From Escherichia coli (GTDB lineage Bacteria; Pseudomonadota; Gammaproteobacteria; Enterobacterales; Enterobacteriaceae), in assembly GCA_902500125.1 (NCBI GenBank), contig GCA_902500125.1_4132.1: a stretch of DNA of 64,000 nucleotides, one strand, 5' to 3'. Below are positions 11,429 through 21,976 of the stretch, piece after piece. The notes under the pieces were generated by a model. It saw only the letters and a program-made list of their open reading frames with translations. It searched no databases and was not told where the DNA came from. A program made the position numbers and the translations under genes. Positions within the stretch are counted from its first letter, which is position 1; each line of letters opens with the position of its first letter.

Positions 11429-11733
11429 GGGCCATTAGCTCACGGTGGTTAGAGCAAACGACTCATCGACAATGGTGACTTTCATCAGTAATGGTGATTG
11501 AAAAACTGGATGAATTCAGGGAAATCTTAACACGTAATGGTGATGACAATCCTGAGCCAAGCCCAATAAGCGTATTGGGAAGGTGCAGAGACTAGATGGT
11601 ACAGTACGATCTTACTGTGTAATACATCATTAGCGTCCGGCATCCCTATGGGATGATGATATAGTCCGTACTATAGTGAAAACTATAGATTATACGAATC
11701 GTTAGGTACTGTGTTCGACTCACAGATGGCTCA
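11429..11733 (+). tRNA. tRNA with CAT anticodon (Met or Ile2) interrupted by group I intron
   Basis: 5' half GGGCCAT-TA-GCTC..GAGC-A-AACGA-CTCAT; 3' half AA-TCGTT-AGGTA-CTGTG-TTCGACT-CACAG-ATGGCTC-A; all four stems pair only after removing ~230 nt from the anticodon loop. Confidence 0.7.
11467..11696 (+). ncRNA. group I intron in tRNA anticodon loop (no ORF)
   Basis: follows exon U, ends in G; core-like elements AATTCAGGGAAA (P), AATCCTGAGC (Q), CAGAGACTA (R), GATATAGTCC (S) with complementary P4/P7 strands. Confidence 0.65.
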
Positions 11734-11752
11734 CAAACTTTGAAATAAAATA

Positions 11753-12457
11753 ATGAAAATAAAATTAGAATATCCATACAGTAATGATTGGGAGAATGGG
11801 TATATACAGATAAACCCTGAAGGTAGAAGAACTGTAATACTTTATAATTCTCCAACTGATAGAAGCAGTACTCAATATGCCAGATATCTATTAGCAGTAC
11901 AAGAAGGTAGATATTTAACTGAGTCTGAAGAAGCAGACCACATTGATAATGATTTCACAAATGATGATTTGTCAAATTTGCAAATACTTCATGTTGATGA
12001 ACATCGTTATAAAACACATAAGAATGGTGTGCAAGCACGATATGATTCATTTGTATGTGCTTGTTGTAATATGGAATTTACCCGTAGGCATACTAAAGTG
12101 AAATCATATACAAAATATTGTAGTGTTGAGTGTTCACAAAAAATGGTCAAGCCTCCTTCTAATACAAAGGGTGGTGAAACATCTGTTGATTATGAAAAGG
12201 TAAAAGAATATATTAACCAAGGTTTATTAGATACTGAAATTGCTAAAATAATGAATATTAGTTCAGGTTCAGTACTGAATTATAGAACCAAAAATAATAT
12301 ACCATCTAAGAAATTTGCAAACGTAAAACGTTTAGAAGATAACATAGAAGATATCAAACAACGTTTGAATAATGGTGAGAAAAAAGTTAGTATATATGAA
12401 AGTTATGGTGCTTCCAAAAATGTGTTTGCTAGATTTTTGAAAAGACATGGCTTATAA
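11753..12457 (+). CDS. HNH homing endonuclease-like protein
   Basis: track ORF; EADHIDNDFTNDDLSNLQILHVDEHRYKTH HNH-type motif plus Cys-rich KYCSVECS; immediately downstream of intron-containing tRNA. Confidence 0.65.
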   Translation: MKIKLEYPYSNDWENGYIQINPEGRRTVILYNSPTDRSSTQYARYLLAVQEGRYLTESEEADHIDNDFTNDDLSNLQILHVDEHRYKTHKNGVQARYDSFVCACCNMEFTRRHTKVKSYTKYCSVECSQKMVKPPSNTKGGETSVDYEKVKEYINQGLLDTEIAKIMNISSGSVLNYRTKNNIPSKKFANVKRLEDNIEDIKQRLNNGEKKVSIYESYGASKNVFARFLKRHGL

Positions 12458-12465
12458 ATAATTAT

Positions 12466-12538
12466 GACTCTGTAGCACAATAGGTGGTGCGATTAACTGT
12501 TAATTAATTGGTTGGGGATTCGAGTTCCTCCAGAGTCG
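12466..12538 (+). tRNA. tRNA-Asn (anticodon GTT)
   Basis: acceptor GACTCTG/CAGAGTC, D-stem GCAC/GTGC, anticodon stem ATTAA/TTAAT with loop CTGTTAA, T-loop TTCGAGT. Confidence 0.8.
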
Positions 12539-12560
12539 CAAAAAACAACGAGAGGTATAC

Positions 12561-12818
<258 letters not shown>

Positions 12819-12826
12819 GAATTTAA

Positions 12827-13228
12827 ATGAAAAAGAATGACTTGATCAAAATGCTTCAAGAGATTGACGGCAATCCAGAGATTGTTATTTGGAATGGATA
12901 TGTCGATGATTATATGAACATCGAAAAAGGCTTGACTAAAATCACTCTAGTCAAAGAAACTGAACAGTTCCTTCTGGAAGCATTAGTGCACGAATGGTGC
13001 AAACGTAACAATACATTCGACATTCCAGAAGATCAACGAACTAAGATTGCAGAACAAGCTAAAAAACTTCATAAGAAACGTGAATACGATTTCCAGAACC
13101 CACATGTTACTGAAGACGAATTCAATCACTGGTACGGTAAAAAGAAATTGACAAAGTATGTCCTTTCACCTAAACTACGTGGTAAGACTTCACTTGGTGT
13201 ATTCAACGCCGCAGACTTAAACTACTAG
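12827..13228 (+). CDS. hypothetical protein (paralog of 13241..13456)
   Basis: track ORF; N-terminus similar to next ORF (DLIKxLQ..PE..I...DDY). Confidence 0.55.
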   Translation: MKKNDLIKMLQEIDGNPEIVIWNGYVDDYMNIEKGLTKITLVKETEQFLLEALVHEWCKRNNTFDIPEDQRTKIAEQAKKLHKKREYDFQNPHVTEDEFNHWYGKKKLTKYVLSPKLRGKTSLGVFNAADLNY

Positions 13229-13237
13229 CGGGTATTA

Positions 13238-13642
<405 letters not shown>

Positions 13643-13661
13643 AGAGGTACTTCGAGTATGC

Positions 13662-13787
<126 letters not shown>

Positions 13788-13789
13788 TA

Positions 13790-13876
<87 letters not shown>

Positions 13877-13931
13877 GACTGCCAAACAGCTTGAAGTACT
13901 TTGTAGTGCTGCACCTATGCCGACACTTGGC

Positions 13932-14041
<110 letters not shown>

Positions 14042-14045
14042 ATCT

Positions 14046-14116
14046 GGTTGATTAGTTAAATGGTATAACACGGATCTTGTAAGTCTGAGTCATTAGTTCG
14101 ATTCTAATATTGACCA
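14046..14116 (+). tRNA. tRNA-Thr (anticodon TGT)
   Basis: acceptor GGTTGAT/ATTGACC (two G-U), D-stem GTTA/TAAC, anticodon stem CGGAT/GTCTG with loop CTTGTAA, T-arm ATTAG-TTCGATT-CTAAT. Confidence 0.65.
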
Positions 14117-14181
14117 CAAATATATTCTTAGAAATAACATTTTTCTTGAAAATAAATACTCCATACTATATGGAGAACTAT

Positions 14182-14577
14182 ATGAAAGAAAAACGTTATT
14201 GTGCATGTTGTAAAATTGAATTGGTTCGAAAGGGTCAAACAAAATATTGTAGTGTTGCATGTCAACAAGAGCTACAATATCAACAGAAAGTTGATAAATG
14301 GCTTAACGGTGAACATCCAGGATATAAAGGTATTACTATACAGTTATGTCCATTTGTGAGAAGATATCTACATGAAACACGCGGAACTGCATGTGAAGAG
14401 TGTGGATGGGATAAACGTCATCCAACAGATGGTGCAGTACTGACAGAAGTTGAGCACATTGATGGTGATGCTACAAATAATGACCTACCAAATTTAAAAA
14501 TCCTTTGCCCTAATTGTCATTCGATGACACCAACATTCAGAGCAAGGAACAAGAACTCCGCAAGGAATCGTAAATAA
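14182..14577 (+). CDS. HNH endonuclease
   Basis: track ORF 14110..14577 trimmed to ATG after GGAGA RBS; Cys-rich N-terminus and EVEHIDGDATNNDLPNLKILCPNCH HNH motif. Confidence 0.7.
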   Translation: MKEKRYCACCKIELVRKGQTKYCSVACQQELQYQQKVDKWLNGEHPGYKGITIQLCPFVRRYLHETRGTACEECGWDKRHPTDGAVLTEVEHIDGDATNNDLPNLKILCPNCHSMTPTFRARNKNSARNRK

Positions 14578-14593
14578 TTTTTTAAGGTACAAT

Positions 14594-15010
14594 ATGACAT
14601 ACAACATTGTTAAAATGGTGAACTACGTATTAAAAAACAACGCATGGTCACTGCATGATGTACAATTAGAAGATATTGGTGAAGTTAGAGTTTTTTGCTA
14701 TGATGACGATTTGAACGAAACTACTGATTTGAGTAAATGTTTTAATATTTTTCTTGGTTATGAAATCAATAATCATTTTTATTCATTTGATGTGTATTTT
14801 GAACGAGTTAAAATCAGAATTGCTAATGTAAATAGTGATTATTATGACACTAGAATTGAATTGAATTTTGACGATATTGATACTGAAGAAAAATTCTTTC
14901 AGTACTGCCTCGTTAACAACACATTAGGATTAACATTTGATGACATTAGTGCTATCCTTAAAGTTCAAAGATTGATTCCAGAAGAGGTATTAAATCCGTT
15001 AAATGACTAG
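14594..15010 (+). CDS. hypothetical protein, EExFQxSTV-motif family
   Basis: track ORF; TEEKFFQYCLVNNTLGLTFDD motif. Confidence 0.55.
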   Translation: MTYNIVKMVNYVLKNNAWSLHDVQLEDIGEVRVFCYDDDLNETTDLSKCFNIFLGYEINNHFYSFDVYFERVKIRIANVNSDYYDTRIELNFDDIDTEEKFFQYCLVNNTLGLTFDDISAILKVQRLIPEEVLNPLND

Positions 15011-15368
15011 TCTAATAGTACGTATAATGCAAGATGTTTGTAATAACCTTTATACAGGCAATTTTGACGATCCGAACATAAAAATATTATGTTATGATGG
15101 TTTTACAATGGTACATCCAGCCTATTCAAATAATATCTACGTAGCATATACAGGTGAAAATCTATTATATCAATTTGATATATATAGTACAATGACAAAG
15201 ATAATTTTGGATGCATCTAAACCAGCAATCTTTATTGCTTCTCATGATTACCATTACACTGAAGAATCACTATTTCAGTACTCAATGATTAATGACATTG
15301 GTGGGTTGACATTGGATGAGGTTAATGCTATACTAGCTGTCTCACGTTTGGTTAAAACCCACAATTAG
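15003..15368 (+). CDS. hypothetical protein, EExFQxSTV-motif family
   Basis: track ORF; TEESLFQYSMINDIGGLTLDE motif; tandem paralog of 14594. Confidence 0.55.
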   Translation: MTSLIVRIMQDVCNNLYTGNFDDPNIKILCYDGFTMVHPAYSNNIYVAYTGENLLYQFDIYSTMTKIILDASKPAIFIASHDYHYTEESLFQYSMINDIGGLTLDEVNAILAVSRLVKTHN

Positions 15369-15377
15369 GAGATTCAT

Positions 15378-15569
15378 ATGTTCTGGAATTTATTATGCTT
15401 GTTTGGTCGTACATTGGTTCTTGCTATTATTCATACACCTGGTATTCGTAATTATGTTTCTTATGAATTTAAGAAAAATTATCACAACAATACTGAAGTT
15501 CGTACAACTAAGATGTGCAAAGACTTCAAGGTAGATGTTCCACCATTCAAGAAGTACGAGGATGAATAA
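15378..15569 (+). CDS. small membrane protein
   Basis: track ORF; hydrophobic N-terminus; RBS AGGAGA. Confidence 0.5.
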   Translation: MFWNLLCLFGRTLVLAIIHTPGIRNYVSYEFKKNYHNNTEVRTTKMCKDFKVDVPPFKKYEDE

Positions 15570-15853
15570 TGGAATTCATTGTTGCACCTGATGAACTTAA
15601 AACATTCACGTTCAGAGATAATAACAATTATCCTTATACAAATCATTCATTGAATTCATTACATGTTATTGCAATCATTGCATCTGAATACAGGGATAAT
15701 CCATGTATTGATTTTAAAACCACTGATGGCGAATATACATGGGTGATCCCAAAAGATAAATATAGTTATCAAGGGGCAGTAGAAATTCGTGACTCGATTC
15801 TAAAACAAATCGAAGATGGAAATACTCATCCTAAACTAAACACTCAGTACTGA
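15569..15853 (+). CDS. hypothetical protein
   Basis: track ORF; ATGA-type overlap upstream. Confidence 0.5.
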   Translation: MEFIVAPDELKTFTFRDNNNYPYTNHSLNSLHVIAIIASEYRDNPCIDFKTTDGEYTWVIPKDKYSYQGAVEIRDSILKQIEDGNTHPKLNTQY

Positions 15854-15866
15854 AATCGTTTAACCC

Positions 15867-15921
15867 GATAGCTTCTAGTCAGTACTGATTCCTCCTTATG
15901 TATAGAAGCTATCACTTTTTT
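15867..15921 (+). terminator. hairpin (GATAGCTTCTA..TAGAAGCTATC) plus T-run
   Basis: 11-bp inverted repeat with large loop followed by T5-6; approximate coordinates. Confidence 0.45.
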
Positions 15922-16009
15922 ACGTATAATGATATTACCCTCAAATTCATTATATTCGTTACCCTCTAACAGTATCTTTTTATTCCTCTTGGATGCTGTA
16001 ATTTAGAAG

Positions 16010-16069
16010 TTGACTTTTTAACTTCTACTGTGTTATACTTAAGGCTGATTCGATGAATCGGCCTTTTTT
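16010..16069 (+). promoter_or_regulatory. promoter (TTGACT-N17-TGnTATACT) followed by leader hairpin plus T-run
   Basis: hexamers at ~16010-16039; GGCTGATTC/GAATCGGCC hairpin and T6 at ~16043-16069, just upstream of ORF 16079. Confidence 0.45.
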
Positions 16070-16078
16070 CTTATATAG

Positions 16079-16507
16079 GTGAATGCAATGAGTTATTTGT
16101 TTACTTTAATTGATAAGTATGTTGACATTGTATACCGTCAAGTTTGTAGTGATACGTTTGAAACAAAAAACCCAATTAGAGATGGCATTTTTGATGTTGT
16201 CGTTGGATCATTTTTGAATGGATACACAGAGACATTATACAACAGTAATAATATTTTTATTTCAGTTCAATCCAGACATACATCAGACTATGCTGTTAGC
16301 ATTGATATTTGGGAAAATAATATAGAAATAGATATAACGGAACATACTAACATTCATGTTGATGATACATTTAATCAATTAACTGAAGAAATGTACTTGC
16401 AGTTGAATTTTGTACATGATCTTACAAATATCAGTTATGATACATTAAGGAAAATATGTTTTCTTAGTGGGGTGATCCGTAGTAATATGAGTAAGGATGG
16501 GAAGTGA
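16079..16507 (+). CDS. hypothetical protein, EExFQxSTV-motif family (divergent)
   Basis: track ORF; LTEEMYLQLNFVHDL motif. Confidence 0.5.
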   Translation: MNAMSYLFTLIDKYVDIVYRQVCSDTFETKNPIRDGIFDVVVGSFLNGYTETLYNSNNIFISVQSRHTSDYAVSIDIWENNIEIDITEHTNIHVDDTFNQLTEEMYLQLNFVHDLTNISYDTLRKICFLSGVIRSNMSKDGK

Positions 16508-16925
16508 AATGTTAAAAATTCCACCTAAGTCGTTAACACATCTTATTGAATGTGGTGTAATATTTTCCGAAGGTGATACCTCATCATACACATTGGTCGA
16601 TGAACCTTATAATTTTTCATACCAATCTTATAAAAATAATTCTAAAATTTCTTGTAGATATGCTGAAAACATATTAATAGATGTTTCGTTACATAATGTT
16701 CCGAAATTTTACATTGATATCTTTGGTGATTCTTTGACAATTCGAACATATGATTATTTTATTAATAAAGACCTCTTGAGTCTTCCAATTGAACATGATA
16801 CTATAGATTCAGAGATGTTCTTTCAGCTATCAACAGTTTACGATTTACAGGGTTTAACTGTTGAGCAGTTGAATGGAATATTTGAGATTTCACGAAACAT
16901 ACGAAGCAGGAATAAAAATGTCTAA
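16497..16925 (+). CDS. hypothetical protein, EExFQxSTV-motif family
   Basis: track ORF; DSEMFFQLSTVYDLQGLTVEQ motif. Confidence 0.55.
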   Translation: MGSEMLKIPPKSLTHLIECGVIFSEGDTSSYTLVDEPYNFSYQSYKNNSKISCRYAENILIDVSLHNVPKFYIDIFGDSLTIRTYDYFINKDLLSLPIEHDTIDSEMFFQLSTVYDLQGLTVEQLNGIFEISRNIRSRNKNV

Positions 16926-17328
16926 TATTTTAAATGAAAAAACAGTTGATGTTGTTATTGGTGTTCTTAACACCGCAACTTCATTTCAGAAGAAACACAG
17001 TGTTGTATACTTTGGTGAAGATTGTTGGCTGAACTATACTAATAATTCGTTTATAATTCGTGTAGAGGCTGATGATATTGGATTAACCGTTCAGGTAGGA
17101 TGTGCCAAAACTGACAAACAAATCACTGTCATTGTTGATAAACTTACGTCTTCTTTTTATGATAGTATAGATGATTGTGAACACTATAGTTCAACATTTT
17201 ATGATACAGAAGAAGAACATTTTATGGAAAGTACTGTTCAAGAGTTAGCTATTCCATATAAGCTAATGAAAGCCGTGAGTGATTTAATTTTAAAATATAA
17301 AAAAATAGGAGTTACTAATGCAATTTAA
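16918..17328 (+). CDS. hypothetical protein, EExFQxSTV-motif family
   Basis: track ORF 16873..17328 trimmed to ATG (MSNILNEK); TEEEHFMESTVQE motif. Confidence 0.55.
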   Translation: MSNILNEKTVDVVIGVLNTATSFQKKHSVVYFGEDCWLNYTNNSFIIRVEADDIGLTVQVGCAKTDKQITVIVDKLTSSFYDSIDDCEHYSSTFYDTEEEHFMESTVQELAIPYKLMKAVSDLILKYKKIGVTNAI

Positions 17329-17764
17329 TGGTAAAGTTTCCAAAGTAGGTTTGGTTTTTGAAAACTGTGAATTTGTTGATATTGATGTAAAGAATGTTTT
17401 ATGGATGCATATTGCTGATGAGAAGACTCTTTGTAGCCGTTTTTCAAACGGACTGACAATTAGTACTGTTATCGGTGAGTTCGGTATTGCATTACGCAGC
17501 AATACACCATCGGATTTCATGGACAACTCTACACTGTTAGACCGTTTAAAAATGCGTGACGTTACACACGTTTATCTATATGATACTAACGGTGTTGAAC
17601 AGCGTTATGTAGTTGAATGGGCTAATTATAACCTTAGTGATCAATATTCAGTAAACCAGCGTGTTCAAATCACCCCTGGTGGTAATATTGTGTTTGTTAG
17701 TTCAACTGGTAAATTAATCAGTGTAGATGATAAAAATATTGATCTATTCACTGCATATAACTAA
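17318..17764 (+). CDS. hypothetical protein
   Basis: track ORF; overlaps upstream stop. Confidence 0.55.
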   Translation: MQFNGKVSKVGLVFENCEFVDIDVKNVLWMHIADEKTLCSRFSNGLTISTVIGEFGIALRSNTPSDFMDNSTLLDRLKMRDVTHVYLYDTNGVEQRYVVEWANYNLSDQYSVNQRVQITPGGNIVFVSSTGKLISVDDKNIDLFTAYN

Positions 17765-17775
17765 CAAGAGCTTTT

Positions 17776-18195
17776 ATGAAAACAATCAAAGTGCATTTCA
17801 AAGACACATGGACAGAAGTGAGTACTGGTAATATTCAGGATATTTTATATAGTACTGAAACTATTCATGTTTATGATGAAGATACTGCTGCCGAGCAGTT
17901 AAAAGTTTTGCATCGTAGTGTTGGTGAGCACACTGAATATGGCATTAAACATACTCGTGAATTACTTAATACTAATCACATTGAAACCCGTAAAGCAAAC
18001 TTATCAAAAGAAGAAATGTTCGATTTCATCCTGAACCATAAAGTTCATATTGAGCCTGATGGGTCTATATGGGAGAACACTGCTGGACAAAAAGTGCTGA
18101 AAAAATATCATGTTTCAATTGATAATGTAAAAATGTCAGGGTATGATTTGGAAGATGCAATTAATGAATATGTATCTAGGCAGAGGGCAAATTGA
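17776..18195 (+). CDS. hypothetical protein
   Basis: track ORF. Confidence 0.55.
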   Translation: MKTIKVHFKDTWTEVSTGNIQDILYSTETIHVYDEDTAAEQLKVLHRSVGEHTEYGIKHTRELLNTNHIETRKANLSKEEMFDFILNHKVHIEPDGSIWENTAGQKVLKKYHVSIDNVKMSGYDLEDAINEYVSRQRAN

Positions 18196-18566
18196 TGAGC
18201 TTGATAACATTTACAATTATTTGTTGCATTACTATTGTACTTTGTCGCCTGATTCATGTATACTCATATCATAAAGCGTTGCGAATCGAACAAGAGATTT
18301 ACAACGAAAACCGAGAACCAGAACCAGTCAAGAAGCCACCATCACCTTATGGGTTGAAACGTGAGATGCATTCTCAAAGTAAAAAGTGGGGTTATGCAAT
18401 TACTAAAAATGGCTACATCTATACTGCAAGTAATGGTTATTTTCAAATTCACCACGAATTAGAAGTGGCAGTTCAAATTTTGTGGGAGATGGAGGACATT
18501 GGTGGTTATGAGCGTACTAAGTTTGAATTCATATCAAATGATCCAGGAACTTCACGAGAAACATGA
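18192..18566 (+). CDS. membrane-anchored hypothetical protein
   Basis: track ORF; N-terminal hydrophobic helix; ATGA overlap. Confidence 0.5.
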   Translation: MMSLITFTIICCITIVLCRLIHVYSYHKALRIEQEIYNENREPEPVKKPPSPYGLKREMHSQSKKWGYAITKNGYIYTASNGYFQIHHELEVAVQILWEMEDIGGYERTKFEFISNDPGTSRET

Positions 18567-18711
18567 TATAATTGTTGATGTGGAGAAGAAGGAAGTCGTT
18601 ATGAAAAAGCAAGCATATAGAATTTTAGAAGACTTCCATCTAAAAGCATTTATAATGAAGTTCTGTACAGATGAACATCTTACCGGACGAGTAATACGTA
18701 AGGAGTTGTAA

Positions 18712-19053
18712 ATGAACTTAAGTTCAACAATTCAGTACTTGAGCAGTAACTTCGAGAAAATTATTTCTCGCGGTGGGATGATTGTACACCCAGAAACAGA
18801 GGAAATGTACATCATTGGATTTGATAAAAATTCTTATGATCAAGTACTTGTAATTTCCAAGTTAGAAAGTTATAATGAAGTTGTTCAGTTTTGCTGTACC
18901 GAATTTGGTATATATATTAAAGACGCTGAAACTAATACAATTTCGCATTATTTTTACCACACACTGATGGGTACTAAAGACTTCGGCTTGAAGTTCGATG
19001 ATTTAGTACAATGTCACTATATGTTTAAAACCTTCCCAGCTAGTGGGCATTAA
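18712..19053 (+). CDS. hypothetical protein
   Basis: track ORF; RBS AAGGAG upstream. Confidence 0.55.
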   Translation: MNLSSTIQYLSSNFEKIISRGGMIVHPETEEMYIIGFDKNSYDQVLVISKLESYNEVVQFCCTEFGIYIKDAETNTISHYFYHTLMGTKDFGLKFDDLVQCHYMFKTFPASGH

Positions 19054-19066
19054 GGAGTATATCAAT

Positions 19067-19855
19067 ATGAGCAACATTTTCTTCAAAACTATTTCTTTCA
19101 AAAAAGCATCTTACTCCTACGCCTACGTTGATGGTAAAGTGCTTAATATTGTACTGGATGGTGTTGACGTACCAGTTGAATTTAAAACACATGAAGAAGC
19201 AGTTGAAGGTGCTAAAGAATTGAATTCAATTCTTAATGGTGAAGTAAGTCAAAAACAACATGTAAAATCTGATTTAGATGTACTTTTGGAAAAAATCAAA
19301 ACTGGTGAAGTATTAGAAATTTTAGACAACTGTAATGAAAAACTTCGTAATGTAGTTAATAATGTTCGTGACCAGATTCAAGAAAAAGCACTAGAGCAAG
19401 CATTCAAACATGTATCCAAGAATGCTGAATCTCGTATTGACGGTATGGTTAAAAATCTTGATGATGTACTATCTCATCTCTTTACTAAAGAATACGAACA
19501 AGAAGTTGAAGAAGAACCAGTAAAAGAAACTAAAAAAGAAAAACGTAGCTTTGGCTCAGGTGATGATGTGTTTGGTTTTACGAATGTCCGAACAAGTGCA
19601 GATGAACCAAAAGAAATTAGTGAGATGCTCATTGGTGACATGACAACTAAGCAGCTTCGTAATGAAATTGACAAGTTTGTAACTAGTTGTATCAAATCAG
19701 AACGTGCACAAAGTATGTTTAAAAGCATTAGTGAGAACTTTGGTCCAGAAGCAACTGAGCAGGCACTAACTGCATTTAAAGAATTGATTTATAATGTAGC
19801 CATTAGCAATCCAGATAAAACACTTGAAGAAGTTCTACGTGACAATTTCAAATAA
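19067..19855 (+). CDS. hypothetical acidic protein (263 aa)
   Basis: track ORF 19043..19855 trimmed to ATG after AAGGAG RBS. Confidence 0.55.
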   Translation: MSNIFFKTISFKKASYSYAYVDGKVLNIVLDGVDVPVEFKTHEEAVEGAKELNSILNGEVSQKQHVKSDLDVLLEKIKTGEVLEILDNCNEKLRNVVNNVRDQIQEKALEQAFKHVSKNAESRIDGMVKNLDDVLSHLFTKEYEQEVEEEPVKETKKEKRSFGSGDDVFGFTNVRTSADEPKEISEMLIGDMTTKQLRNEIDKFVTSCIKSERAQSMFKSISENFGPEATEQALTAFKELIYNVAISNPDKTLEEVLRDNFK

Positions 19856-19867
19856 TTAGATAAAATT

Positions 19868-19896
19868 AAAGCCACTACAATGTAGTGGCTTTTTTA
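19868..19896. terminator. bidirectional rho-independent terminator (GCCACTACA..TGTAGTGGC)
   Basis: perfect 9-bp stem flanked by A-run and T-run between convergent genes. Confidence 0.7.
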
Positions 19897-21051
19897 TTAT
19901 GCGTTGTAACCAACTATTACGACTGAGCAGTCAAGCGGTTCTACTACTTTAAGAATTACATTATCATCTTCATCCACTTGTATTTCACTATGAACTACAT
20001 GATTGTCTGAAGAATATAATTGAACTTGTGGTAGTGCTTTACCATGTTCAGTTACTGGAACTGAGATAGAGTACATAGAGTCTTCACCGAGAACCCACTC
20101 ACTTAAAGTATATTCTTTATGGAAAGGAGTAGTATGCAGTGTTTTTCCGATTATACTCAAAGAAACAGGTAAATTGTCAGTTTGATACACAGTAATATTA
20201 CCTTCTGCGTCTACAGAAAGATCTACACCAACTTGATATAAGTCACCACTGTATGCTTGAAGTGCTAAGTACTGTCCACGATCATGAACATCAAATGGAA
20301 CAACCGCAGAAAATACACCTTCCGAAACAGGTTCAAATTGGGATAGAAGAACTGATGTAACAAAATCAATATCCTCACCACTTTCAAGAACATCAAATTC
20401 CACCACTTTAGTGTTATAATATGGAGAAGTGAGTGTAGCAGTACCTTTCCCTGATTGTGTGATAACATCAACTGGAATTGTAAATGCATCATTAACAAAT
20501 TGGGTAGTAAAGTATTCTGTCCCGTCTGGTAATACGATTGTTATTACCATACCGTTAGTATCAATTTCTGAACCAGTGTTGAATAATTTACCACTAATTG
20601 AGTCATTACCAACAAATACTGGTGAAATGAGAATATTATCTATATCACGATCTATAATACCACATTCAGGTGTATACATATGATACAAGGTTTGTGAACT
20701 ACCTAAAATTGTTTTATGTAGCATAAATTTATATACAAATCCAGTATCAGTTTCTTGTGGCTCTTCAGAATATCCACGAACAAAGAAACAATTTTTATTA
20801 ATTTCACTTAATAGTTGGTCATTAGTTTTATTGTAATTTAATAGATAACCTTTATTATCTTTAGTTGTTATTTGTACTTTACGATATATTATATTAGTTC
20901 TTGGATCAACTAAATCATATAATCTATGGCTTCTTTGGCGATAGATTCTAATATTTTTTAGTCTAGTTCCATCATTGAGGATTGCACCATCAACAACATA
21001 ACCACATTCACCAAACTTATAGCGTCCAGCCGCAGCAATTGACCTTGACAT
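19897..21051 (-). CDS. hypothetical protein (384 aa), lone minus-strand gene
   Basis: track ORF; RBS GGAGGGATAA on minus strand; upstream TATAAT-like box without clear -35. Confidence 0.65.
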   Translation of the reverse strand: MSRSIAAAGRYKFGECGYVVDGAILNDGTRLKNIRIYRQRSHRLYDLVDPRTNIIYRKVQITTKDNKGYLLNYNKTNDQLLSEINKNCFFVRGYSEEPQETDTGFVYKFMLHKTILGSSQTLYHMYTPECGIIDRDIDNILISPVFVGNDSISGKLFNTGSEIDTNGMVITIVLPDGTEYFTTQFVNDAFTIPVDVITQSGKGTATLTSPYYNTKVVEFDVLESGEDIDFVTSVLLSQFEPVSEGVFSAVVPFDVHDRGQYLALQAYSGDLYQVGVDLSVDAEGNITVYQTDNLPVSLSIIGKTLHTTPFHKEYTLSEWVLGEDSMYSISVPVTEHGKALPQVQLYSSDNHVVHSEIQVDEDDNVILKVVEPLDCSVVIVGYNA

Positions 21052-21167
21052 TTATCCCTCCATTGGTATAATTATTATAACGTATTTATTATGCATATCC
21101 AAAAAATGAGCTTGACTGGTGTATGATTTGGTGTTATCATGTAGTGAATGAATAATGAGGTGTTTTT

Positions 21168-21752
21168 ATGAATGTTATTGATAATAGATTAGTACTGAAA
21201 AATGGAAAAATGACTGTTAAGTTATATAAAGATGAAGCTGATTCCTTTATGGCAAAAGCGATTGAAAAATCAGAAAGATATAAACTTTTGGCTCCAGCAA
21301 GTAAATCGCCATATGGTTTTAATCATGCACATAGTCATTTTGTTGGTATGGTGTGTGAGCACGCATCTTTAGTACTTTTTAATGAAATTGAAAACAATAC
21401 TGGTATTAAACTTAATATCGATCCAGCATTCCAAAATGAAGCACGTGACGGTGAATGTGATATTAAGGTAAACAACCTTCGTATTGAAGTAAAAGGTATC
21501 AAGTATAAATCATGGACTGACTTTGGACCATGTGTTAGTACTCGACAGTTAAAAAATATCCAGAAAAAAGCTGACGTAATACTATGGGTATTGTATAATG
21601 AGAAAAAACAAGAGTTCACGTTTGAGGGATTCAACTATGTAAAAGATATTAGTTCTATCCCAGTTATCCTCACTGGTGTACCAGGGCGACCAATGATTGA
21701 AAATCACCCAGTACTCGGTATTATGAAACCACTACAGGAGTTACCATTGTGA
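21168..21752 (+). CDS. hypothetical protein
   Basis: track ORF; RBS GAGGTG upstream. Confidence 0.55.
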   Translation: MNVIDNRLVLKNGKMTVKLYKDEADSFMAKAIEKSERYKLLAPASKSPYGFNHAHSHFVGMVCEHASLVLFNEIENNTGIKLNIDPAFQNEARDGECDIKVNNLRIEVKGIKYKSWTDFGPCVSTRQLKNIQKKADVILWVLYNEKKQEFTFEGFNYVKDISSIPVILTGVPGRPMIENHPVLGIMKPLQELPL

Positions 21753-21976
21753 TTACTGCAACTGTATATCAAGATATCAATGAAGAATTTCATTCTAAAA
21801 TTGCGTTCTTATCATTTCCTGTACTCCCAGCAGTTGGGTCAACGTTGAATCTTACCATTTGTGGTTTTGAGAAATATTATAAAGTACTAGATATTGAGTA
21901 CTGTGCTGATGTATATTCATGTAATAGTGAAATTGCAATTCCAGTATCAATCGATATTATTGTAAAAGAGGTTTGA
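21749..21976 (+). CDS. hypothetical small protein
   Basis: track ORF; overlaps upstream stop. Confidence 0.45.
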   Translation: MITATVYQDINEEFHSKIAFLSFPVLPAVGSTLNLTICGFEKYYKVLDIEYCADVYSCNSEIAIPVSIDIIVKEV

